DNA of 64,000 bases from Takakia lepidozioides (taxonomy: Eukaryota > Plantae > Bryophyta), in contig CM060732.1 in the NCBI GenBank assembly GCA_030704615.1, forward strand, positions 33,604,001 to 33,668,000. The letters are read 5' to 3'. The position numbers were made by a program, and so were the translations under genes. The notes under the pieces were generated by a model. It was not told the DNA's origin, did not search any database, and was given only the letters and a program-made list of their open reading frames with translations. Shown in pieces: positions 13,673 through 26,437 of this stretch. The first letter of the stretch is position 1; each line of letters opens with the position of its first letter.

Positions 13673-14267
13673 ACTTATATTTAATATCCTTTGCATTATC
13701 CAATGTATGTCATTCGACTTTGATGTTGACGTTTAATGAATTTTGAGTCTCACAAAGATAATTTTTGATTCATTGATTCACAATATTATAATTATTTGAT
13801 TTAATTTAAATACAATTTATATTAAATTTTATCTAGATTTAAGCTAGAAGTCCAGAATTACTTAAAATTGAGTTTTAAGCTTGCGTTGATGCAAGCATAA
13901 AAAAGGTCCCCCTGAAAGAACTCATCTCCAAACTTGTTCTACATTTGCACTGTATGACTAAAGTCAAAGGGATCTTGTGGAGCAAGGGGGGGGGGGGGGG
14001 GGGTGTGAAGCTTACGTTGATGCAAGAACCGGAACTAGAACCCCTTCCAAGGTCTCATATCCGCGCATCAGAGAGACAGACGAGACCCTCCAAAGGGTGC
14101 AAGTTTTAGCTTGTGATCCTCTACAATGAGGTTATATGTTCCTTTTGTCATCAACCTCTTTTTAATTCAGTTCCAGTGCTTCCCAAGTGGTTTTCAAAAC
14201 AAAAAAATACAAACAAAAACAAGTTTTAGTATTATTTTTATCCAATAATAGTACTATAAAAAATTAG

Positions 14268-14636
14268 TGTAGATATTTTACAAAATAACTATATGTCAGA
14301 AAAAATAATTGTAAGTATTTATGAATTCCTTTCATATGCACCTACAATTCAAAATTATCCCTTCAAATAATCTTAATAAATTTTCCAGGGCACCATCCCC
14401 TGTTCTAAAAATTAATTAATTAATTAATTAAAAAAGCACCACAATTTATGGCTCTCAATTAGATCACGTTTGGACCAATGTGCCTCACTGGTATTATTTA
14501 TATTGTATCAAACAAAAGCATATTATTGGACATACCATAAACCTGTATTTATTGTTTTTAAATTTCCTAACAATATTCTTTGCTACTGGCAACATATCTC
14601 ATCAATTAAGAGGAGCCATCACGCGATGAGCCGCTT
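14268..14636 (+). mobile_element. Helentron relic 1: C-terminal EEP endonuclease fragment and 3' terminus
   Basis: FMNSFHMHLQFK..TTIYGSQLDHVWTN...AYYWTYHKPVFIVFKFP. Terminus gaggagccatcacgcgatgagccgc matches those at 49141-49167 and 50075-50105 (-). Confidence 0.75.
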
Positions 14637-14948
14637 ATTGTTGGCTATCATGTTGCACCCAAAAACAATGATTTGACACCTTCCAAAACCATGGCAGTAC
14701 ATGTTTATACCACAAATGTAATGTATCGCAAGCATGGGGGCCGGCTTCCACAATCTGTAATTACAACGCTGAGCCTTTTGGAAAAAACATATAATTTTTC
14801 CGACGGATCAATTCCTATCTAGAAGCCCTGGCTGATGCTAACAAAGCCACAAAGTCAATAGGTCTTTACATGATTCATAGAGCTCGTCAACTCTTAAATG
14901 CACAGATAGACTAGATAGACTGGTCAGAATACTCAAGATGATTTGTCT
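14635..14948 (+). repeat. Diverged duplicate of the 3' part of the CYP intron (~11986-12392)
   Basis: Shared blocks ttattgttgg.ctatcatgttg, atgatttgacaccttccaaaacc, and aaagtcaa.aggtcttta...aactcttaaatgcaca...atactcaagatgat.tgtct. Confidence 0.8.
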
Positions 14949-15610
14949 GGGGCGTGCTAGATTGTGAGCAGCTCACGTGAGCAGAAAAAACTGTGAGCAA
15001 GATTCTGCTCACAGTTTTCGCCCCATTGCCGTGGACCTGTACCTGTTGGAAGCCCTATTACCGTGGGCTTCAAGCGTCGAAAAGTGAGCATTGTTTTTTA
15101 AGAGTGAGCCTGCGGGTTAGCAGCAACATTGTGGAGTGGTTGATTGATGTTTGAGTGTGTTTTGAAAAGGAGTTGGATGAAAGGAGTGGATAAACGATGG
15201 ATGAATGTGCGCTGAGAAACGATGGATGAAAAAAAGAGTGGATGAATGAAAACGACAAATTCAGACCGGGGACCGCTAAAGGAAGCCTGAAATCACATCT
15301 TCAAACATGCAAGGCAGGGAAATTGGTGCTTCATAAATGTTTGTATTAAAACAAATGAGTCATTCCGACAAGACACTTCCACTGCTATCTGATTTTGAGC
15401 CCAAAACTGATGCAGAACTGTCCATAAAGATACTAGCCCTGCTCTGCACAAAACCACCTTTGTCGCGGACCACAACAGGGGGAGATGAGAGGAGACGAAT
15501 GTGCCAGATTAAGGTGGCGTTGACGCCACCTTAATCTGGCTGGTCTTTTGGGTTGGAATTAAGCTCCAACATTGGCTGGGAATTAAGGTGGCATTGACGC
15601 CACCTTAATG
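14949..15610. mobile_element. Probable DNA-transposon end rich in palindromes
   Basis: aaaactgtgagca-6nt-tgctcacagtttt (14987-15018); 18-bp perfect arms at 15503-15540; related palindrome at 15582-15609. Begins exactly where the CYP-intron duplicate stops. No TSD found. Confidence 0.4.
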
Positions 15611-16904
15611 CCGAGCTTGTTTCCCTCTACTCGGCTCAAGTTTTAGGGCTCTAGCATCTCATAATTAGCCGTGAATTAGCCATTGAAAGGCTTGTTCTAC
15701 GTTGATCATTATTCCTCCGAACTCTGCTTCCTAACGCATCTCTACTATTCAGCCTCTCACGCTTAGTGTTGTGTAGACATCCTACATGACAACACCTTCA
15801 CTCGTCACTAATTCTGCATACTCTGTTTACAAATGCTAGAACCCTCACTTATGCTCCTGGATTTGTGGTCACGGGGTGGTATCCCCACTGTAAGCCTTCA
15901 CGGCCCAGGGTGGTTATTTTTTCCACTTATTCTAATATATTACTAGGGCCTATGTCCCCTGTTCATTATATATATATATATATCAAAATAAGTTCATGTC
16001 AAATATAATATTCTTCCTACCGTAGTGTCTATCCGATGATAATTATATCCAAATATATATATATATATAAACAGACTGCCAGAAAAATTGAGTTAAATTT
16101 TTTCCAATATCGGATCTTAGACATATTTGTGTGTTGCGGGACAAAGATTCCAAAAAGCATGCGAGACCTCTTCTTCAAGAAAACTTAATTAGTCCGGTAG
16201 GGCATGACGAATAACATGGGCAAATACGATATTTATAGAATGACGAACTAAGGGCCTGACCTTTTCTACTAAATCTAGTGGGAGTTTTTCTAATGAGCTT
16301 GTAATTATTTAACATTGTTTTGAGCAAATATATATTAACTTCTGATTTTTTATTCATCAATGATCGTATGAATTATCTAACATCCAATATAATATCAAAA
16401 TTTTATGTTTAGACTACTTAAAATATATTAACTTTAGGAAAGCTTATTTTTGAGTGCTTGGAAACATTGTTTTGAGCGAATATATTTTGATTTACTTCAT
16501 TATATACATAATCTACTTTAAAATAATATCAAATTCTATGTTTAGATGTTTCAAGTATATTAACTATGTGTCTAAGCAAAAGAATATTTTGGCAAAATGT
16601 TTTTTGAGCCAATGGCTGAAAACATTGTTTTGAACAAATATATCCACATCATAACATTGGGCCATCTCATGTACATACTTGCCACAATCACCACATCATG
16701 CACGGTGTAGATTCCACCTAGATCGTGAAACCTGAGAAATACAAACTATTTACAAGTGCAAAGAGGTACGTACTTTGATCTAGGGAGGCTAGAAGCCAAT
16801 GTTAGTATATGTGCTATGGTAAACTATTTTTTTAAAATAAAATACAATCAAAGATAAAATATTTTTATATTTTTATATTTTAAATAAAAGGAATGAAACA
16901 CCAA

Positions 16905-19716
16905 TATTTTTATTGAAGGGGAAAAAAGAAAACCCCGGAGGGCCATGAAGCATACACACCTCGCGGTGAGGGACGAACCCAAGATACCTTATCAGAGAGA
17001 GAACCATCCAAGTGGATGAAAGAAGTTGGTGAGGCCCTAGAGCTATCCTAGAGACTAGACTATGGCAGAGCTCACGAGCTGCGAGAAGATCCGAGAAGGA
17101 GGAAGAATGGGGAAGGGTTTGATCCAAATAAGAGACCAGCAACTGCAAATGTGAGGATGAAGGAGCAACCAAGACATTTCATCAGGAGAGAGCGAGCTGC
17201 TCGAACTGACTGAAACGAGGAAAAAAAAAAAAAAAAAAAAAAAAAAAAACAATGAAGACTATGCACGAGTGCAGGGTGAATTATAGAGAGATGGAAAGGA
17301 GGGAGGGGGGATTACACTAAAAGGGGAGCAGGTTTAGATGTCAGGGAGAGCAAGAGCGCAAAATAAGAAACATCTAGCTAAGTAAACGTAGCGTGTGGAG
17401 CAATCAAGAGGAGCATTGACAGTATATATGATGAGATTCAGCATATCGTGTTAAACAGTTGGTGAATCGCAAAGGGAGATCCAGGTTTCCAGATCTGCAT
17501 CATTGATAGAAGAGAGGGCCGCCCCGACCGACAAAGTTTTTTTTTTTGGACGGGGATAGAGCACTGGAGGCAGCCTTTTTGTGCAAAGCTATCGATTTTG
17601 CTTTTTCCCTAGGCCAAGGGTACAACATTTGCCAAGAAGTGCACTCTCGAGCAGGATAACCAAGCCCTGACCTGATTCACTCACTCTGTTGGTCAATTGC
17701 CATAAGCAAGTTGCGAACTTCGCTATGTTTAAACTTTGTTCCATATTAAAGACCATATGAGATTCCACCTTTTCTTGGACAACCCCATCCCTGACTGGCC
17801 CATTTGGAGTTCCATTTCGCAGAAAATGGTGTGGTCTTGAGAATAGGAGCGATAAGTTAGCCTTGGACAGATTTAGTTGAAAACCCCTTGAGGAGAGAGG
17901 GCTCAAAGTCCCAAGACCATTTTTTTACGGGTCAATTGCCCAAACCCATTTAAATGGCCAACCTTCCCCACCCAAAGGAATAAATAAGAGAGCCATTGCC
18001 AGCAGTGTGATCCTATACCAAGAGGAGACATTGGGGGTCGTATCTCTGTTGGAGAAGACAAGTGGCAGATATCTGGACTGGGTGGAACTGCCCGCCAGAG
18101 TAGGATAATGGGGTTGCTGAGAGAAGGTGGAGATAGTTGGAGAGTTCCAACTTTTTGAGAACGAAGCCCATGAAGTGATCTGGTTTAGAATTTGTGATGT
18201 AGATCACTTGGCCAAGGTAATTCGAACAGCAAACCCAGCTGCCGATTCTGCCTAGACCAGGGCCTGCGTTGAGGGATTGGATCCACGTATCAGGAATACT
18301 TTGAATGATATGTTGGTAGCCAGAGTTACCCCTCTGAGGGCCCATCATAGCATTGAATTAATCAAGTGGCAAGAAGGCCTGCCCATTCCAGATATCTTTT
18401 ATCTACGTGACCTTCAACCTATCCCATGCCGAAAAATTGGCTGCCAAAGCTTTTTCTATAGGGGAGGGAGTGTTAGTGTTGAGGAATAGGAATTGTCGCA
18501 TTGTTTCCTTGTAAGATTGCGGGCTTTCTTTGACTAGGTGAGGCCTGAATGAACCCAGATGCTCCATATTGCTTTCCACAAGGGAGACCCCTCGGTCTTG
18601 TGCTTAAAGCCCTGCGTGATCCATCTAAGTGATTTGTCCAATTGTTTGGTTTTGAGAGGCGAGCTATTGACCACATGTTGAAAAACGAGGTGTTTCCACC
18701 ATCCCTCCTCTGGCCCCAATAGTGTGACAACCCACTTACCCAACGGAGCCCATATTTGGTTTCCTGGGTCTATGATGCCGAGGCCCCTTTTTGTTTTTGG
18801 GAGACATATTTGAGTTCCAAGAAACTGCAGGTCTAGGGTTCTTTTCACTTGAGTCAGCACCCCAGATAAAGTTCCAGATGGTTTTCCTTATGGTACAAAT
18901 TTGAGGATCAGATGGGCACCATACCAAGGCGAAGTACCAAATGCTGGCAAGCAGAATCTGGTTTGCAACCAGAGCCCTTCTAGTCAATGATAAATGACAA
19001 GAACCCCAATAGACCAGCTTCTTTTGGAGTTTGGATATGACATGATCCATCCTTTGCTCGTCGGAGAGGTTAACTCCAAAAGGGTGACCCAACAGAATGG
19101 TTACCTCTCCTTGCTGCAGCCACTTAAGGCCTAGATCATTGCCCCAGACTGGATTTTCCCCCAACTGAGAAAGGTTTGTGGCCCCAACCTGTATCCTAGT
19201 TTACTTGAAAGCCTGATGCTTCACACAAGGTTGATAGAGATTTGTTTGCTTCCATCAAGTTAGCAGGTGTGGCTTGCAGATAGAGAACCGTGTCGTCAAC
19301 AAACATTGGTCCTTTATTTGTAGCCCCCGTTGGACTGCGGCTGGAGTTGGAGCCCAACAATGTCTGGATTGTTGTCTAGGAGGTAGACAAATGAGTCAGC
19401 TACAATTAGGAAGAGAAAGGGGGCCAATGGGCAACCCTGACGGAGCGATCGTTGAAGAGTAAAGGATTTTGATATAAAACCATTTGCTGTAACCCTACTG
19501 GTTGCATTTCGAAGAAGGATCTCTACCCAACTACAGAAGTCCTGAGAAAGGCCTGTTTTTCTGAGAGTGGCAAACAACATGGGCTATTCTACCTTGTCAA
19601 AGGCTTTTTCAAAGTCCAAAAGTAACATTGCTATGGGCTGAGATGTAGATTCGGCAAAAACGGGGGTTTTTTGTACCAGCAGGATGTTGTCTAATACTTT
19701 ATTCTTTCTCATAAAT
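16905..19716 (-). mobile_element. 5'-truncated degenerate LINE (RT domain, C-terminal region, 3' UTR)
   Basis: LDNILLV, LDFEKAFDKVE, SLRQGCPLAPFLF, FVDDT, LGHPFG, ALVANQILLASIWY, LPK..RGLGI. AATAAA on the minus strand near 16910. Confidence 0.88.
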
Positions 19717-22200
19717 TTGCAAAAACAACTTTAATTATTAATTGTTGGGATGTATCTTTAATTTGAAAATTGGAATTTTTGTTCTATGTTTGGCCAATGG
19801 GGAATTAAATGGGACACACCGAAAAAACAAGTTGCCAATGATTTGCTTATTTTCACAATGTGTTCTTTTGTATCATTCCATTTGAGGTTAAGGCCTAAAT
19901 TTTTACTGATCGGGAGCTGTATCCAATGATTCATGCCAAAGTTTTTTTACTAGCATGTTTGAAAAAAATAATTGGTCAATGCAACATATATCCTTACGTT
20001 GATGTTAGGATAAACTGAAAAATCAAAAGCTGGCCAACGAACTGTTGATTTCCACAATATGTCTTCTCTGTCTATTTTAAAGTTAAAAAGAAAAAATATC
20101 ATTTTGTTTTGTTTTTAAAAATGTGCTGGCTAATGCAACACTTTACGTTGTACGTGGAACATATTTGAAAAATCAACAGTTCGTTCGCGAACTTGTGACT
20201 ACCCGGAACTGGATTGTATGGCGACCAAGACCCAGCACCGGCAGATATCATACATTTAAATACTGATAAGGTGTCCACCTTACAAACGAAAGGCAGTTAC
20301 AGTCCTTGGGGGTGAAGCGACACCATAACTTACACTTGCCGAAATCGGGAAATGGGGGCCATAAAGCAAAATAAATTACAGACGCACAGAACTAGCAAGA
20401 AAAAAGTCAGAAAGAAAGTTACTTTGTTTCTTTAGCGTCCAGTGAATTTACAGAGCCTACTGCTCACCACACAGCCCAGGAACAGTCCCATAGATATTTA
20501 CAAGTAGCACTGTACCTAACTAATGCGGGAAACTTAAGATGAAGATGCGAAGGTGAAGCTGCAAATACAATTCTACGTCAGCTCTGAAATGCTTGGCCAC
20601 TTGGGCCGGATCGGGTTTGATAGAAAAGTATAGAAAACTACACGCTCCATTGTTTGTGAGGAAAAGTCCATACCAAGCTGTCAGCGATTTTCTTCGGATT
20701 CCAACAAGTTTCTGACATGTTTTATCAACAAGTTTCATGTCCTACCGTACATTCCTCTTCACTCAAACTTGCAAGGCCTCCACATCATTCTACTGTTCAC
20801 ATCTAATAAGTATGATATTTTTTCCGGTTTTTCCCCATCCCCTCCCCCTCCCCTCCACTTCAGCTCTAACTAAGTACAGTAGTTGGAGCTTTGCATCTTC
20901 TGTGATGTGATGTTGCTGCGATGCAGTTGTGCCGCCTAGCCTCGAGCGTAGCTTTGTGGTAAGAGAACGATGATGGCTATCTTGAAAGTTGTGGGATCAA
21001 CCCTAGAGTGGGTGGTTGGTGCTCATCATGTATACTTATCTCCATGGAGGTAGTGACAGTCCTTGAGGCATGCAAGTAGTTCGGGCCTAGGTGGCGGACC
21101 CCACGCAGCATGGCGGCAGCTGCCCAAGAAAGCTGCCATTGATGTGAAGTTGGAACAGGCATTATTAAGGTGGCGGACGAGCGCGAAGCTTGCATGCGAC
21201 GTAGAATTCTTATGCTTGTCCAAGTGTTTGTTGCAAGATCTGGAGCAACAAACACAACTTGGGCATATCACGTGTGGCAGCTTTCCTGGTATGACACTTA
21301 ATACAGGGGAACCCTGAACAACTCGTGACTTCAGAGCTTTTCAGGCCCAATTCATACCTGAAGGTTTTCTTGACCCTGTATCATGAGCACCAACTTGCAG
21401 CATGGTTCGAAGCTAAAGATTGGTGGACTGCCTACAAAACACACGTTCATCTCGGTACAAATATTTAGATGTGTAGAACGAAGATAGTTGTTGGCGTTCT
21501 ACAAACTGACCTGGAGACAAAAGGATGTCTGGATGATAGAACTAGTGAGAGAGAGAGAGCCAGACTAGAGTTGAGAAAGACGGAAGAGAAGAAAAGAAAC
21601 TTTAAATAAGCATTGGAAGCTCACAAGAGCTTATGAGCCCGTTGTTTTCTCTAGCTTGCCTAGATATGGATGTCTTTCCACCTTTTTTACAGTCTCATGG
21701 CACCCATGAGGACATTGTTTCGTTTTAATCTGCTGCCTTTCCCTGTTGTTAGGAAAAAAGGCAGAAAACTAAGCTGGAGAGTCTATCGTCTCCGTTGAGA
21801 CTCCCTTGAGAATGAATATGAAGTTGGTGTTGTCCTTCTAGATCTCCCTGGAGTTCTCTGAGTTTGATCATGCGAGTTATCCACCCCAAGATAGAGATCT
21901 AAGGGAACCTCATCGTTGTCTCAGCTGCTGGAGCTGATGAGGGAAAAAGCGTAGTGACCGAAGAGATTACATTCGAAAGACTTGGTTTGGTTCTATCTTC
22001 GTGATCACCGGAGAGGGTCGAGAGAGGGAGAGCTAGAAGCGAATCAGAAGTTGGTGCAATATCTAACGTCCGCCAATGACCAATACAGATGGACGGACAT
22101 CTATGTGTGTGAGTGCGAGGAAATCCAGAATTCCAAGATGGAGGGGAAGTCCACTAATTTGTGGATTACTCGCCATGTGGCTAGTTCTAGATGTTATTTC

Positions 22201-22898
22201 CAGTGTTGGGCGGTTATCAGGTTTTCGTGAGCTCCTCGGGTGCAGGTTCTTTGCCAATTGCCCCTTCTTTAGAACCTCCGGAGGCGGTTAAATGGACAAA
22301 AGAAAAAATTAAATAACCTGCCGGAGGCGGTTCTTTGATGTTTTCAAAAAACCCGGTTAAGTTCAATTCCGGTTATTAAAGACCTTTGCACAGGCGGTTT
22401 TTTTGAACCGGTTCTGGAAGTTCAATATACTTCATAACCGGTAGATAACCGGCGGTCCTTAAAACGGTTATACTGCGGTCATGTAAATGAACTATTTATA
22501 AAATAAAAATTTACATATATTGAAATGATGAAAATATTTTAAAAAAAAAAACTTAAATAAATGCCAAGCAGGGATTGACCAGCCATGCAAGATGGTTAGC
22601 CCTTGAAACTGGATCATCCAGATGATCAATAATGGACATCTTAGTTACCAGATTGGTGTCACATTAATCTTAGTAAGGGTATATGCTGACACTATTTATT
22701 GATAACCGGGTCCTTTTTTAAGGCCATGCAATAAATAAAAAACCAAACTTGCTCGCCGGTTCTGGAAGCCCGCGGTTATCTCAACCCCTTGCCGCCGGAT
22801 CTGTTTATATCCGGTTTTTTTATTTTTGCACCTCCTCAGGATATATATATAATAACAGGCTGTTATAACCGGCCAAAGTTCATAACCGCCCAACACTG
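22201..22898. mobile_element. Non-autonomous hAT-superfamily element (698 bp)
   Basis: Perfect 17-bp TIR cagtgttgggcggttat (22201-22217 / 22882-22898). 8-bp TSD gttatttc (22193-22200, 22899-22906). Many (a)accgg/ggcggtt subterminal motifs. Confidence 0.95.
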
Positions 22899-25823
22899 GT
22901 TATTTCCCCTAGCCTCGTTTAATACCTTTATCGAGTCAGATCTAGTTCTTTACTTGTGATCAGACACATGCTTATTATATTCAACTTGGCGGATCGTGAA
23001 CATGGTGATGATTGCTTTCAATAGTGAGATTTGCTAAAATAACGTTATTGACGAGGAGGCGGCACTCCCAGCGCTCCAGTGAGAAAAAGACAACTTTCTC
23101 TCTGATGCTTGTGTACAGAGAGATACTTAATTTTTGCAAGCAATGACTTGACTTGAGAGATACCAACTGTTGAGACTGTTAGTCTTCGGAAGATGACAGC
23201 CAAACAGGACAATCCACAAATGTAATATATATTTAGTGGTTTCGTGCCGAAGTGTAAGGGTCTGTGAATAACTTGAGGTCGAACTACATTTTATAAGCAC
23301 CATATATCTTGCGACAGATTCCTACGGTGATTTGGGCATGGTAGTTGGAGATTGGCCTAGCGTAGCAAACAGATTTATAACTGACTATTCCCTGTCATTA
23401 GGACAATGAAATGTGGATCGCATGCCTACATAGGAATAGGGTTTTGTGCGGCATTTTGGGCGAATGAGGTTGTCCAAAGTTAGAGTTTAACTGTACTCAG
23501 AGGGATCTTAGTACAGACCACTACACGCAGACATTGAAGGGACATCAAGTCTTCTAGTTAACCAACACTTGTCTGGACGACTGTAAATTCCATAGATAGT
23601 CTTGGTGACCTTGAGTTCACGACCAGTTCTCCAAAGCGGCAGTTCTCCACAAGTCAATTTTATCGTCAAAGTATAAACTAAGCTTGCTGTCAGTAGTCGT
23701 ATGGACTATGGACACCTTAAACGTACTTCTGCACACTGTGGCATCTTGGAAGTTAGAAAATCTTGGGAGGTGCCTGCAGATTCCAGAACGTCATCCCACT
23801 AACTAGTAAATTGCTCAAAAGTGGTGGAGTGAGAGCTCCAGGGACCTCGATGTCATCGGTGGCTCAGTCGTTATGAGGCTGGTCAAACGACCGTCAGGCC
23901 GTCTCATTAATATAGGAGCAAACTACCTTCATGCGTCAAGGACTTCGAATTTTTTTGGCATATGAAATTTACAACTACCTCCATGCAGGTAGTTTTAGGA
24001 TTTTGTACATGAAGGTAGTTGCAAAGCCAAGCTGAACCTATCTGCATGGGAGTAGTTGCATACCACCTCCATGGAGGTAGTTACAGTAAGCGCCAACCAC
24101 CGGGATCTACTTTCAAGGAATTGAACCCGAGAACTGTATTGCCATATCACCATCGACCTACCACCAGACCACAACCCATATCAATACTCCAACGTTTTTT
24201 TGATATATAAGAGAAACAGGGGAATAGGGATCCTTTTAATGTAGCGGGCCGCTGTCCCTGTCCGTCCCTGTCCCCTCTGCACCGTGCGGCCTCGTTACGA
24301 CGAGGCCACACAAAATTCTGAGGCGTCATGGGTCCTCAACTTGGACTGTTTCCGCCGCCATGGGACTTCGATGGCATCAATCCTCAACATGGACTGTGTC
24401 CGCAGCCGTGGGACATGATGGACACTTGTGTCGAGCTCGCAGAATCCTACCGAAATCCAATCTTGGTAGGAATTCTGCAAATAGCTGGCCAGCAGTTACA
24501 AGAACAGATTTGTTGGGGCTTACGTGGGTTTGTCTTTCGACCCAAGCTTACAGTGTGTATCAAGTGGCCGATTGGCTAAACTCCATTCCATCCTACTACT
24601 TGTTTGTTTGCATGGAGCTTCTAACTGGCACCCATCGTAAACTACAGGTTGCGTCGTAATACTCTTTGATTGATTGGTTGATATAGGTCGTAAGTCGTAA
24701 CTGGCAGGAAGTTGCATGCCAACTGTTGGCAAAGACAAAGTGTTCAGCTCAATGTACCCCAATCCTTTCCAAAACAAAATTAAGCAACGGAAATTGGACA
24801 TGTAACAGGGCTGTCCGAAGAAAGGTTGCTGTAGCATGCGGGCCCACATGTCTTGCCATCCTGTCTTTCGATGTGTCCCAAGTGGGATATGTGACTACAC
24901 CATTCTGTTAATTTGATGGTTGCTTATTGTCATAGAGTATTAAGTTTGTTGCGCCCTGTACCTACCCCCCAAAGACCAGACAAAGATCACCAGGCGCTTT
25001 TCTGTCTTCAATGAAAACATTCTTCTCACCAACTACACATTCTGCTCTTCACCCACTCCATATTTATCATTATCTTTATCTTATCTTATTTACAAAAGAG
25101 GTAAAACGGGTCCACCACCCTTGGTAGAATCGAACACCACCGCCACATCTGCGAGTACAATGTACATAGTTCTGCTATTCTCATCGGATCCCTCCTCCTG
25201 TGAATATTTTCCTTCCTTCTTGGGGAGCTTCCTGGAACCGCAACTGAATGAGCTACGGAAAGCTGCCAGTTGGGAATGTGCTTGCATCACCTGACCTCAC
25301 CTCTCTTCCCAGAAGAGAGGAAGCCTATCCTGCATGCACTCCTCCAATTTCTTCCCACCTCTCCACTCCGATTCTTTGACTCAACAACATGCATACATTA
25401 CGTTGTACGAGGCCTTTACTCCTCGATGTGGAGCCGTTCAACAGCAAATAATTGGACGCGCCACCTTAACTTCCAAATCAGTCCCGCAGCCTCCGCATTC
25501 AATGTCGGAACGACAGCACGCCGTTGGCTGCGCGGTCGACTGCGCAGTCGTTCAGGCACTGCGGATTCTCTTACTATTAATTAATCTTGATTTACAGTTT
25601 AACTAAATATTATTTTGTAGTCCTACTGCACGTTACTGCGCATTGAGCTGCGGGTCTGAGGTTCAAACCCCTGTCGATGGCAGGGGAGACCCAAGGAATA
25701 CCACAATCTATAATAAGCCACGGCCTGCACAATAAGAGACCATCACAAAACAAGGAAAGAAACTGTTACAAAAATATCAGCCTTTCAATCATGAGCGGGA
25801 GGCCATACCCACAAACTACAAGG

Positions 25824-25985
25824 TACGTAGCAGGATTCGAGCCCTGAATCACCTGGTGGCCCTACCCACACTCGGATTCGAGGCTAAGTATGAACTCAAA
25901 CTTACTAATACGTGTCCACCATCGGTAGGTAGCTCGGATGGACATGTAGCCACCCAGGCGATTTGGGGTTCGAATCCTGCTGTAC
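25824..25985. mobile_element. Two divergently oriented tRNA-derived (SINE-like) heads
   Basis: A-box tagctcggatgg (25930-25941) and B-box ggttcgaatcc (25967-25977) on +. Related copy on - (ggctcgaatcctgct) at ~25824-25888. No complete cloverleaf. Confidence 0.5.
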
Positions 25986-26437
25986 TGTACATTTAACGAT
26001 GTATATTACGTGTCGACATCTACAGCCCTGAGGGGGAAAGTTAAACTGTTAACCCCTTTCTGAGCCATGTGGAACATATTCGCCGCCCCGTTTTGAACCC
26101 CAGAGCCCCGGCCAATGCCCTAATATCGAAGATAATTTATTTTGTTTTTGCTTTAAATTAATTTGTGATCAGCACTGCAATTGCTGCTTTAAGGGAAAAG
26201 AGCAGGAAAATTAAGGAAAACCGTACAGTAGTTGCGGCCTGACTGTGACCGCAGAGAGAGCTGCACGGTTGGTGGACTGGGCGGTCCACCGTCAACTCGC
26301 CTACCCAAGATTTAAGTTCTAAAATCTGAAAACTATTAGCCTGAAGTTACGAGTTACATAGGTCATTTTATTCCATGTGTATAAAGTATTATACTTCATA
26401 GAGAATGCATTAACATATATATATATATATATATATA

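Noticed and set aside
17220-17249. Poly(A) tail of the LINE
   Set aside because: The LINE is on the minus strand, so this run is poly(T) inside its 3' region, not its tail.
20890-21400. Possible gene in short GC-richer ORFs (also 24300-24660 and 35250-36110)
   Set aside because: No recognisable motif or consistent exon structure.
25924-25985. tRNA gene
   Set aside because: A and B boxes are present but I cannot form acceptor and anticodon stems; treated as SINE-like.
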